A stretch of DNA of 64,000 bases, taken from a virus. Both the position numbers and the translations under genes were made by a program. Positions 29,561 through 39,400 of the stretch are shown piece by piece (within the stretch, counting starts at the first letter, position 1; the number at the start of each line of letters is the position of its first letter). The stretch is taken from IMG/VR virus record IMGVR_UViG_3300050128_000053, positions 1 to 64,000 of that record; one strand, given 5' to 3'. The notes under the pieces are model-generated. The model was not told the DNA's origin, did no database searches, and saw only the letters and a program-made list of their open reading frames with translations.

Positions 29561-30175
29561 TCACGCCGACACCGGAAATGGCTGGTCGGCATAGGGGATT
29601 ACGGTCACATTCACTCCGGTCGACTGCTGTATCGCGTAGACCTGGCCCAAGAAGAACTCTGAGGAAACCGAAACGGTGAAGATGTTCCGGTACAAGCGGT
29701 GTTGTGAAGCATCAACCGTGTCTCGTCGAACCACCGACACCAGATCAGCTCGACGAACAGTGCCATCGAAGTTCGTCATATCCAGACTGCCGAACTCCTC
29801 GGGGAACTGCTGGAAAAGAAGAGAGGTGAGCCATCTGTCATCTCGCGGCAGTCGGGAGTACGCGGCGAGTTGGTATACGAGATTCCAGGGCAGTGGAAAA
29901 TCGTATGCGGCCAAGGAGAAACCATTCAATGGGGTCGCTGTCTCAGTGTCGTAATCGAGGATGAACTCGTTTGCCACCCTGTGCGCCCGGTCAGGAGCGA
30001 AAGTGATTTCAGCCAAATCGATGGCAATGTGGGGAAAAGTCCGCTGGCGTTCTTCGGAATCTGGAAACCTGAAGTACACCGCTATCGGCTTGGCCCGCCC
30101 GTCGGCATAGTTGGTGACAGAGAACCCACTGAGCTTCGCCTTAAGGGCGTCGTCTTCATCGAGGAGCCAGGGCAT
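29561..30175 (-). CDS. Tail terminator/completion protein
   Basis: Position upstream of sheath; FPHIAIDL, PWNLVYQ. Confidence 0.6.
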   Translation of the reverse strand: MPWLLDEDDALKAKLSGFSVTNYADGRAKPIAVYFRFPDSEERQRTFPHIAIDLAEITFAPDRAHRVANEFILDYDTETATPLNGFSLAAYDFPLPWNLVYQLAAYSRLPRDDRWLTSLLFQQFPEEFGSLDMTNFDGTVRRADLVSVVRRDTVDASQHRLYRNIFTVSVSSEFFLGQVYAIQQSTGVNVTVIPYADQPFPVSA

Positions 30176-30176
30176 G

Positions 30177-30536
30177 TCAGATCCCCAACTCTCGACGGAG
30201 GACCGAGTCGTAGATCACCTGAGCACCTGGACGAGTTGTTGTAGCAGCCGCCCGCAGAACAGGGCTCGGGGCGCTCTCGGGAGTCCCGTACTCAAAGTCA
30301 GCCAGCCGATCACCGTCGGGGGTGTGAGCGATCCCAACGAAGGGAGAACCCTTGTGCTCCGAGAGGACTACTGCGCCAGGCTCATGACCGGCCTTCTCAG
30401 CAGCCTGAGCCATCGCTCCGTGGAGATGTGTGAGAGCCGTCATCTGCGCTCTGCGATGGGCGACAGGGAGTCGATAGAGTGCACGTTCAAATGACGCCCG
30501 ACGGGGCGTAATCGCATTGTCAGTGATCCTGAACAT
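30177..30536 (-). CDS. Neck/tail completion protein (putative)
   Basis: FEYGT...SPVLR motif. Confidence 0.55.
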   Translation of the reverse strand: MFRITDNAITPRRASFERALYRLPVAHRRAQMTALTHLHGAMAQAAEKAGHEPGAVVLSEHKGSPFVGIAHTPDGDRLADFEYGTPESAPSPVLRAAATTTRPGAQVIYDSVLRRELGI

Positions 30537-30636
30537 TGCTCGACTTCCTATGGGCTCTTGTCCATCGCTGGGTACTGCACGGAGCACGGCGGGTCCGCAA
30601 CACTGATTCTGCCAGAGGACAGCGACCCCAAAATGG

Positions 30637-31143
30637 TCAACCGTCAGCGCCGGCCGCATAGGGAGCGAACATCGGGATGGCCGTGTCCTCGTCGAGATCG
30701 GACTGGGTCATTGCCAGACAGTCCACCGAGACAGTCAAGAAGTAATCCGCCACACGCCCGCGTGGCAAAAAAGTGTTGACGCTGAAGAGGCGGCCGTCAA
30801 AGCCCACTCGGTCATTCACGTGATCCTGGCCGAAAGGATCAGGATCAGGCATTGTCGTGGAAAAGAACTGATTAAAGCTGAAGATGAGGTGGAGCCGGTC
30901 AAGCTGATATAACCCGTCGTCATCGAAGTTCTGGCCCGCCCTCACATACTCGCCAATCAGAACCGGGAGAGTAATGGGGGGATACCACGTTCTTTGCGGA
31001 CCGGTGTCATAAGTAGGATCCATTGTCGTGGCGGCGGCATTAAAGCGGAACCAAGCCGCCCACTGGCCCACGTTCAGTTGGTAATCATTCTTCATGCCCT
31101 CATAGGCCTGTCGAATATCCCGCAATGTCCTACGATCTGACAT
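30637..31143 (-). CDS. Head closure/neck protein (putative)
   Basis: Position; DPTYD, DRVGFDGRLFSV. Confidence 0.6.
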   Translation of the reverse strand: MSDRRTLRDIRQAYEGMKNDYQLNVGQWAAWFRFNAAATTMDPTYDTGPQRTWYPPITLPVLIGEYVRAGQNFDDDGLYQLDRLHLIFSFNQFFSTTMPDPDPFGQDHVNDRVGFDGRLFSVNTFLPRGRVADYFLTVSVDCLAMTQSDLDEDTAIPMFAPYAAGADG

Positions 31144-32154
31144 TTATAAACCGGGGGGTATCGGTATTTCCACAAGAGAAGGGCCGTACATGATAAAGGG
31201 CGCAGGCTGACCAACCACGAACTGCGCCGTACTCAACACAACTCCATACGGTGTCGTCACTCCCACCTGACCGGTAATCGCACCAACGGGGACCACCGCA
31301 ACGATCTCCATGTCATTGAGCACCGAGAACTGCGTAGCCGACACACCACCAAAGGTGACCGCTGTCGCCCCAGTGAAATACATCCCGTTGATGGTGACCT
31401 GTGAACCCACAGCAGCAACTGTTGGAGTAAACCCTGAGTAAGGTGTGTTGTACTCCTGCTCTCTGAAAATCGGGACAAGACGATTGGTGGTATAGCTGAC
31501 TCGGCGCTGATTGAGGATCTGAATCCGGTAGATACCCAAACCCAATGCAAGCGACAACTGCTTGTACTCATTATCAAGGGCAGAGATCTGCTGAATGAGC
31601 TGACGCCAGCGCTGAGACCGCGGAATGTGAACACCCTCTGGGGTATTGATGTCGATCGTCTGAGAGGCATCTGTCGAGCGCATCCACAGCAGCTCTTTGG
31701 CCGCCAGAATGGAGACCAAATAGTTTTCAGTCGAACTTATGCCGGTTTGCCCAAGCCCAGGATCAATGACAGGAAGCGGGTCTTGATCTTGCACATGAAG
31801 GTTAAAACTATCGATTACTGACTGCCAGACCTCGTCATCGTCGAAGAAGTCGTATGTCGTTCCCGAAACCCCCAAAATGGCTCCAGCAGGCTGAGGAGCA
31901 GTGAAGAACTGAATGACTCCGTACTTGTAATCAAAGACATACGTTGGTGTGGCGGCCCCTGAAATAATGGCACCACTCAAGACCACCTCAGGCGGATCGG
32001 CGTACTGAGAGATCGACTCAACCGGGAGGTCAAATGTGTTCGAAAGGCCATCTACGGTGATATTGGCGGCAAAGGGCCGTCCAGTATCTTGCACGAGCCT
32101 GCGCGTGCGTACCACCAGGTCATACATTGGTGGGTTCAGGGTGGCCAAGGTCAC
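31144..32154 (-). CDS. Head-tail adaptor with C-terminal IPT/TIG domain
   Basis: DINTPEGVHIPRSQRWRQL; GSQVTINGMYFTGATAVTFGG. Confidence 0.7.
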   Translation of the reverse strand: MTLATLNPPMYDLVVRTRRLVQDTGRPFAANITVDGLSNTFDLPVESISQYADPPEVVLSGAIISGAATPTYVFDYKYGVIQFFTAPQPAGAILGVSGTTYDFFDDDEVWQSVIDSFNLHVQDQDPLPVIDPGLGQTGISSTENYLVSILAAKELLWMRSTDASQTIDINTPEGVHIPRSQRWRQLIQQISALDNEYKQLSLALGLGIYRIQILNQRRVSYTTNRLVPIFREQEYNTPYSGFTPTVAAVGSQVTINGMYFTGATAVTFGGVSATQFSVLNDMEIVAVVPVGAITGQVGVTTPYGVVLSTAQFVVGQPAPFIMYGPSLVEIPIPPGL

Positions 32155-32456
32155 GCACTAAGTGTACGAGATCTGCTTCCTATCCCAAGGCCGGCTGCAC
32201 AGTCAGACCCATCGACTGGCGCTGTTCTACCCCCGCTGGCTGAACGCTCAGAAGAACCGATTGATGACCGACCGTTACAACCATAAAAGCGACAGGCGCT
32301 CCATTCAACCCGAGGCTTGCTGTCATGGCACTCAAAAGGGGGAATAGCAGTGATTCCTCACCAATCGATCTCGGTACAGGTGCTCAAGTTCGGGAAGGCG
32401 AAACTGTGCCCGTTGAATACCTGGGAGATAGAGCTTGCTGGCCATATCGAATCCTC

Positions 32457-32750
32457 TCACCAACTAACGGTCACGACAGAGGTACCACCGGGAGACACCA
32501 ACTGCAAAGTCGGAGCAACCATGTGGTCCCCATAAAGGATCGGCTGGAAAACGAGTTCCTCTCCGAGATTGACCAACGATTTGATGTCACCACTCGACGG
32601 TGTGGTACTCGGAATCCCGGGCAGCGACCCATCAATGGTCCCATAGACCGGAGCAGCCCCCGAGATCTTCTTCACCTTGACACTGCCCGTCGGCGAAGGG
32701 ATGGGGATTACTGAGACGGCCGCACCAAGGGTGTACTCAACCGTCGCCAC
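32457..32750 (-). CDS. Small beta-rich virion-associated protein (putative)
   Basis: 97 aa ORF in the head-tail operon. Confidence 0.55.
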   Translation of the reverse strand: MATVEYTLGAAVSVIPIPSPTGSVKVKKISGAAPVYGTIDGSLPGIPSTTPSSGDIKSLVNLGEELVFQPILYGDHMVAPTLQLVSPGGTSVVTVSW

Positions 32751-32753
32751 GTA

Positions 32754-33323
32754 TTACCCCCTGACCCACTCTCGGATAAGCCCCCGCTCATCGAGATGCT
32801 CAGCCACCTCGTAGGGCAGTTCGTACATGAGCCCTTCACGGAGGTCGTAGTTGTTCGGCTCCTGGCTCACTGGGTTGATCCCGTACGTCATTTTCTCGAT
32901 GTCCTGGTCGACACGAATCCGCACAACGGCACTGTGGACCCTCGGAGCACGCGGCCGGCGGCGCTCCTTGCGAGCCTGCAGGATCGGAGCCAAGGCCGCC
33001 TCATCCTCCTTACCAGTGAGGACGGGCTCTCGCTCTTCATCACCGTCGGTCGAGAACCGGTCAGGGGGGTCGAACTCGTCGATGGCATCGTCCTCATCGT
33101 CGTCTTCAACAAAGGCCACTGAGCGCTGATCAATGCGCTCACCGCTCCGCGGGTCGAACACCCCGTGACGCTCCTCTTCGCTCTGTGCCGCAGTCGCCAT
33201 GGTGGTCTCGGCCACCCGGTCCTGCTGCTCGAGCTGTTGCTCCCGAGACGCCTTTGCACGCTGTCGCCCCGTCAAGTCGCCTGAGTTGGGCCGACTCCTC
33301 CGTTGTCCTGTGGTGGTTGCCAT
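32754..33323 (-). CDS. Conserved hypothetical protein downstream of the capsid gene
   Basis: DLTGRQR..; MTYG..YELP.EVAEHLDERG; AAGGAG RBS. Confidence 0.7.
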   Translation of the reverse strand: MATTTGQRRSRPNSGDLTGRQRAKASREQQLEQQDRVAETTMATAAQSEEERHGVFDPRSGERIDQRSVAFVEDDDEDDAIDEFDPPDRFSTDGDEEREPVLTGKEDEAALAPILQARKERRRPRAPRVHSAVVRIRVDQDIEKMTYGINPVSQEPNNYDLREGLMYELPYEVAEHLDERGLIREWVRG

Positions 33324-33393
33324 TGGTGGTTTCTCCTTTGGCGGCTAATGCCGCAGTTCACGCAGCAGCGACCCCTACTTCTACAAGGGACCG

Positions 33394-33545
33394 CTTACGC
33401 CGCCAGCTTACGCATTGGTTGGGTTCTCAAGATAGTCAGCCGCCGAGCGAAGGCGGTCGGCACTGTCTCAGAACTTCCCCAGCAACTTTTCCTACAGCTG
33501 GTACATAGTTTGGGGGTCTCGATTAGGAGTAAAAGCCTCTGACCT
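33394..33545 (-). pseudogene. Degenerate endonuclease VII-like homing endonuclease C-terminus
   Basis: Pieces in different frames: QVRG, LCTSC, LLGKF*DSADRLRSAADYLE. Confidence 0.55.
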
Positions 33546-33549
33546 GGAC

Positions 33550-34806
33550 CTAGTTGGTGTTTCCGATTACCACGCTCCAATCTGTGATAAGTCCGAGGCC
33601 CCATATTGCATACCAGGCCAGAGCGTGCTCACGACCGAAGTCGAGGACCCCGCCGTCGCGCAGTTCCACCGGCAAGGAGATGGCATGCCCGAAGGCGTTG
33701 TCACCCAAGAAGATCGCCTGGTAGACGTTCTGTGGCGTGGCGGCCGAGCTGAGGAACGAGTTGACCTGTGTGGTCTCGATGAACACGCAGTCGTACAGCC
33801 GGCCGATCTCTCCGAGGGCGAAGTTGCCCGGGGCAGCGTACTTGGTCACTTCGATGAACTCAGGAGTGTCACGCAAGCGACGGCTCTGAGCCGGGGCCAC
33901 GAACGAGACATAGGTCTCGCCCAGTCGAGGCACGTTCTTCGACGCCAAGGTCAGAACAGCATCCTTGACCAGCGGCGGCGTGAAGTAGTACTGACCGCTC
34001 AAGCCCGTGGTCGAAGTGCCGACGGTGCCCTGATCATACGGCGAGAGCGTCGTACGCGGTGTGTCGTTGACCGTGGTGTTGTACCCGAAGATCACCGAAC
34101 TGGCCAACAACAACGTGTTCCGCGCCGAGTAGTCGAGGTACTGGGCCATGTTGCGGCCGAGCAACCGAGACGCCGACGCCATGACATCGTCGAAGGACGC
34201 ATTCAGCAGCAGCTCGGTCACCGAGACGCCGAAGCCTTGCTCTGCCACCGTGATGGAGAACTGGCTGGCCGTCAGGGCCACGGTCTGCATGCGGACGCCT
34301 TCAACGAGCTGTGAGGCATTCGGCAGGTTGTTGTAGCGCATGAAGTTGATGGTGAGCCCAGGCTGAACACCTAGTTCCGTCTTCTTCACGGCGAACTGCT
34401 CGAAGCGCAGAATCGGCATCGCTTGGAACAAGATCTCTTTGGCAAACTGTTACCACCGTTTCCGGCGGGGTGATCATTTCTGTCACCCTCTGCAGATTTA
34501 CCATCCCTGCAGATCGGACTGTATCTTCATCTTCAGCACCAGCACACTTCTCACCTAAGTGCTGATCCTCTTGAAGATGTCTCCCGTGCAGTCTCTACGG
34601 AGTCCCAGGTGTTGGGTTCCCTCGGTATTCCCCTTTGTTGGCGGGGTTCACCGATACAGGGAGATCATGATCTCATCGGTCACCCGATGAGACGGCCCTT
34701 ATGTCGACCAAATTGTCTGGATTGCTTGTCCAAGCGTGCTATTGGCACCGGAATACCCGGTGGGGGAAGCGGCCAAATAAGGCGTCCCCGTCACGGCTGA
34801 GGGCAT
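33550..34806 (-). CDS. Major capsid protein, spliced: join(34707..34806, 33550..34442), 330 aa
   Basis: AGGAGG-ATG at 34806; removing 34443-34706 gives ...IQTIWSKEILFQAMPILRFEQFAVKKTELG...; N4-gp56-like/HK97-fold motifs. Confidence 0.9.
34443..34706 (-). ncRNA. Group I intron, 264 nt, no ORF
   Basis: 5' exon ends in U with UGGU/GCCG P1; terminal omega-G; P2 UCUCAUCGG/CCGAUGAGA; P3 UCUCCC/GGGAGA; P4-P5 AUCGGUGAACCCC..GGGGAAUACCGAG; P7 GUAGAGACUG / AAGAUACAGUCC; P9 hairpins. Confidence 0.9.
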
Positions 34807-34967
34807 GCAAATCACCTCCTGATGACTGATTGAAACTCTGAGTTGAGAGCTAGTTCATGCTCGCTCTCGTCAGCAGTCACCAGATTGTTTTCCAGATACG
34901 TATTCACAGGCCTATAATCAAAGCACTCATTTGCGCTCAAAACAAGTCAACTCAAAAAAGGTTCTTC

Positions 34968-35441
34968 TTAGGGGACTCGACCGCCGTATTTCCTTGAAAC
35001 GCTGCGTGCCCATCTATCACCCTCGGGGGTTCTGACAGCGGAGTGTTGCGGCTTTAGGCGGGCCATCGAGCGGCCCATGCCGTAAAGAGCTGATGCCACC
35101 CCCTGGCGCTCATGAGAGGGAGCCGTTTCGACCATGGAGATTTCGCCCTTTTTGTAGCCGCTATCAGGGCCTCCCTCGCTCCATTGCAGCATGGCACCGG
35201 GAAAGTGCTCATGAACCAAGGACCCACCTGCGGTCTCGGCCCACCGGTCAGTCGTAACGTGGTGGGAAGGCTCTGCCGAAAGCTGGTGGTAAGTATTGGC
35301 ACCAAGCGGAATGGTGTCGGTTCGAAAGTGCCAACCCTGAGACAGCAGTTTGGCGCCGGGGTGAGCGTGCTCTTCTAGCCCGGGTAGAGCCATCTGATTC
35401 GGGTCGGCTCGCCAGAACTGCTGGCGAGAGAGGGAAGCCAC
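34968..35441 (-). CDS. GNAT-like protein with LSxxQF N-terminus
   Basis: PSHERQGVASALY acetyl-CoA-loop-like motif; RTPEGDRWA. Confidence 0.6.
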   Translation of the reverse strand: MASLSRQQFWRADPNQMALPGLEEHAHPGAKLLSQGWHFRTDTIPLGANTYHQLSAEPSHHVTTDRWAETAGGSLVHEHFPGAMLQWSEGGPDSGYKKGEISMVETAPSHERQGVASALYGMGRSMARLKPQHSAVRTPEGDRWARSVSRKYGGRVP

Positions 35442-35464
35442 CTTGTGTCAACCCCCAATCAGTT

Positions 35465-36358
35465 TCACGGGGCGTAGATCCCCGCTTCCTTGGCTCGGGC
35501 GCTTACGGCACCGAGCAACTGGGGACGAAGACGGGAGTACTCCTCAGGCGACATGGCAGCCAGTTCCTCGTTGCTGAAGGTGACCTGCTGCTGATCGACC
35601 AAACCAGCCATATCGTAAGGCGGCATCCCAGACATCGGGAGACCAACCCGAGGCTGTTGCTGCTGCTGGCCAGTGCCACCGGCAGCAGCTTGAAACCCCT
35701 CAACGATCTCAGCCGTCTTCTGCGCCATCAAAGCCAAGGATGCTTCGATCTCCTCAGTGGTGTTGCCACGAACGAGATCATCGAACTGCGGCGCTATCTC
35801 GTCACGCATTTCAGCAATGCGCTGAACTCGGTACTGACCGAGCCGGGCCAACTCCTGCTCCTTTTGGAAGATGATCTGTTCACGCTTGCGCTCATCCTCG
35901 AGCTGAGCGAACCGGTGTTCCCAGGTCTGGTTGGAATCTTGAAGGCGCTGCTCGAGATCAAGATTCTTTAAGCGCTCGGCCTCAGCCTCGGCCTCAAGGC
36001 GCTGCTGCTCTTCTTGTTCGGCAGCAAGCCGAGCCTCACGGTCTTGGGCAAGAGTAGTTACCGTGCCGCGCAACTGCTCGAGTTCGGGATAGAGCTTGTC
36101 CTTCTCCTCGGCCCGAACATGACCCATCATCTCTTCGACCTGGGCTCTCGTAAAAACCTCTTCCTGCTGTTGCTGACTGCCGTTCGCAGCCGGCGGGACT
36201 CCTTGACCTTCGCCCCGCTCACCGACATTGATGGTGATCCCGGCCGGCGCACCGGGGATCCCTGAGGGGGAACCTTCGCCCGTCATTGACATTTGTGCAT
36301 CTCCTTCTTCAGTTTGTCCAAGTAAGGCCACGTTACGTCGCTTGACAACAATCGTCAT
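35465..36358 (-). CDS. Capsid scaffolding protein
   Basis: Coiled coil between portal and capsid; RAEEKDKLYP, GNTTEEIEAS, AMSPEEYSRLRPQLLG. Confidence 0.8.
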   Translation of the reverse strand: MTIVVKRRNVALLGQTEEGDAQMSMTGEGSPSGIPGAPAGITINVGERGEGQGVPPAANGSQQQQEEVFTRAQVEEMMGHVRAEEKDKLYPELEQLRGTVTTLAQDREARLAAEQEEQQRLEAEAEAERLKNLDLEQRLQDSNQTWEHRFAQLEDERKREQIIFQKEQELARLGQYRVQRIAEMRDEIAPQFDDLVRGNTTEEIEASLALMAQKTAEIVEGFQAAAGGTGQQQQQPRVGLPMSGMPPYDMAGLVDQQQVTFSNEELAAMSPEEYSRLRPQLLGAVSARAKEAGIYAP

Positions 36359-36415
36359 TACCCAATACCTCTCACTCCCAGCAACAGACTGCTGGGCACC
36401 ATCACCTGATGCTAC

Positions 36416-39400
36416 TCAATCGTCGTCGCCCGATGAAAGCGGATTACGACGCTGCGGGATCTTGGTGCCGGCGGCAAGGGTGGTGAGCTGATTCATGATC
36501 GACTGGACCTCGGGAGTATCGGCAAACTGGGGCGGTGGCGCTTGTACACCGGCCGCTGTATTCACGCCCGGGCCACCAGCCGAAGACACTCCCCCAGCGT
36601 CACCTCCAGGGGCAGGACCAGTCGACGATGGCGATGGCGGATCGGCACCATCAGGCGGTACCCCGGTAAGCATTGAAATGAGCACCCGGATCTGGGCATT
36701 CTGCAAATCGAGAGCACCTTGTTCAAGGGCATCTTGATGCAGTTCGTCCATAAGTTCCTGCAGCTTCTCGGCTGGATATTGCTCGCCCATGAGGCGCAGG
36801 GCCCCGGTCTTGGATTCAAGACCCATGCCCATTTTGAGCTGCAACTCATTGAGAAGGACCAGCATGTCAAGCGGTAGCGGGGACTGGAACTCAACCGTAT
36901 TGCGGTAAGTAATAGGGTCATTCGGGTCGAGAACCGTGACCTGACCCTCTTCAAGCGGTGGATCGCGCAACGGATCGATCTCGAGCATCTGGGGCAAATA
37001 TGTCGCCGCCGTGAGGATCAACAACTCATTGAGCATGGCCAGGCCCGAAGACATCTGGGTCGTCTTTTGACGGAACTTTTGCATCAGCGGAAGGTATTGC
37101 AAAGAGAGCGCCACGCCCGATGTATTGCTGATCTGCTGTTCTTGGCCGAGCAAAGAAATGGGCACACCGACCAACTCGTGCATCTTCTCTTTGAGCAGTT
37201 CTAAAAACTTGATCGCCTCACCCAACTCAGCCCCGAGAGCGAGATTCTCAATCTTGGCCTTCTCATTGGGGATGGACCATACCTTCTTGGGTCCCCGCTC
37301 GAGGCTGTTGGATTTCGCTCCCATGATGACTGTGGTGGGGGAGTTCCCGGTCCAATAGGTGTTCCCATTACGGCTCGCCATCCAAATGCTGTTTTTAACA
37401 GTTGGGCACCAGACGGTCACATCTTCAACATCGACCGTCTTTGCAGACTTCAATGTCGACTCAACCTCAATCGATTGGCGGCTGTACTTGTCAATAAAGT
37501 TGCCTCGGGTATTGACCCGATCCCCCAACATCGCATTCAACATGCGATAACCCTCTTTACGAGCACCGTCCTCCTGATACCACGAGCTTCGCTTTTCTGT
37601 AATCCAGTGGCCATCTGCATCAACAAGAATCTTCTGAAGCATTCGAGCTTGGGTGTACGTCAGCGAGTAAATAAAGGACGGGGAGAGTACCTTCTTAGGA
37701 GCGACCTCCTCCAAAGTCTCTTTCACCCCTTTACCCAGATACCAGTTATAACAGCCGTTATCCATCGGCTTTGCCGATTCAGTAAAGGTGCCTCCACTGC
37801 GTTGCCAATACCGCATCAAACGTCGAATAGACCGCACATGGTCAGGGTTCTTTGTCCAACTCTGACTTATGGTGATGGAGTGCCAATCATTCGGCCCGCT
37901 GTAGGCGTCACAACCTTCCGTGATATACCAGCCAACAGTCTCGACCAACTCGTCGTCCCACTTCGGCTGAGCTGCAAAAGCAAACGATGTCCCACCCCCC
38001 ACCACCAAACGAGCATGAGACTTGAAATCAGCTAAAGCTGGTTCCTCAGCATCCCCAATCAAAGTTCGACCAATACGTCGAGCATCAAGTGGGTAGATCT
38101 GCTTTCTCGTCTTACGTTGCTCTACCAACCAGCGATGATTAGGGGTTACGAGGGCGTCAATGTGGTTAGACAGGTGAACGAGAGATCCCGTGTACGACTT
38201 GGAGAAAAGAGACTCGACCGGCTGCCATTCAATCTCATCAGTAGACGAGTTAAGAGTGAGGATCTCATCTCCAACAGTCAACTCGTCATGCTTCTTCCAA
38301 CCCTCCGGAGTCAGAGCCAGGGTGGTCTCATCGACACAGGCGTAGTAATTAGTAATGTCCATCAGCAGGGTGGCCGTCTCGTTGTACGCCCGATTCAAGT
38401 CTGTGATGTCTTGGATGTCTGAAAGACCCCAAGGCGATGACGGCACCTTCTTGTTCGCTATGTGGACGAAAGGAATGCGCCCCAAGGGGTTCTCTTGATC
38501 CTCCACCAACTCGTCATTGATAAAACTCTGCATCGAACTTTCAGTCCACAACTCGGTAAACGAGTTCCCTGTCCAATACGTACAGCCATTACGACGCGCA
38601 AACCAAGTACCAGACGGGGTCGTAGGACACCAAACTTTTCCTTGATAACCCTCCTCAGAAACATGAAGTCGCCTTGCCGTAATGTAAGGAGAATGGTAGA
38701 CCGTTACGTTTGCGCAGTTATTCAAATCTCCACGCTTTTCTTTATGCTGCCTCCACCACTCTGATGCATCACTCTTCCACCAATGGGTAAAGCTCCTCCT
38801 TCCGAGCATGGCAGTGAGCATTTGGAATCCGTCAATGAGGCCTTGATCTTGATTTATGAAGTTCTCCGTCTCAACAGTCCGCGTAAACCCATCGTGATTC
38901 CGAAGAACAGCGTAATGCCCATCCCCCTCAAGAAGGGTGTGGTAGAGAAGCTCTGCTTGATCCATTGTAAGAGCACCAAGAAACTCTGGAGTCAGTGTCT
39001 TGTTCGGAGCAACTTGGCGAATAAGGTTGCCAATCCCGCTACCAAAATAGAACTGCCGACACCCTTCATACTTGGTTCCGTCATTGTAATCAGTATTGAG
39101 TTCTGTTGCAGTTGCCCCTTGCGCAGAAAATGCCTTCTGAAGATATCTGATGCGAGCGACCAAGTTGGGATTACTAGCCTCAGACTGACCAATCGTCACA
39201 GCAGTCTTTGCCGGAAACTTCGGGTAATGCCCTTCAGTAACAGCCCAACCAATAAGTTCAACAAAGTCGTCTGAAAAAGTTGGCCATTCTGCAAAGGAGG
39301 ACAAATGCCCTCCAGCCGCAGCCCCAATAATCTGCTTGTTTGAGTGACCGGTGCTTAACTCTTCCGTTGTCATGAACCGAATGGGCCGATTTAAGTTCGG

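Noticed and set aside
34699-34704. Intron L1 ACAUAA complementary to UUAUGU at portal gap 2 (trans-guide idea)
   Set aside because: Only 6 bp, with no equivalent for gap 1; expected by chance
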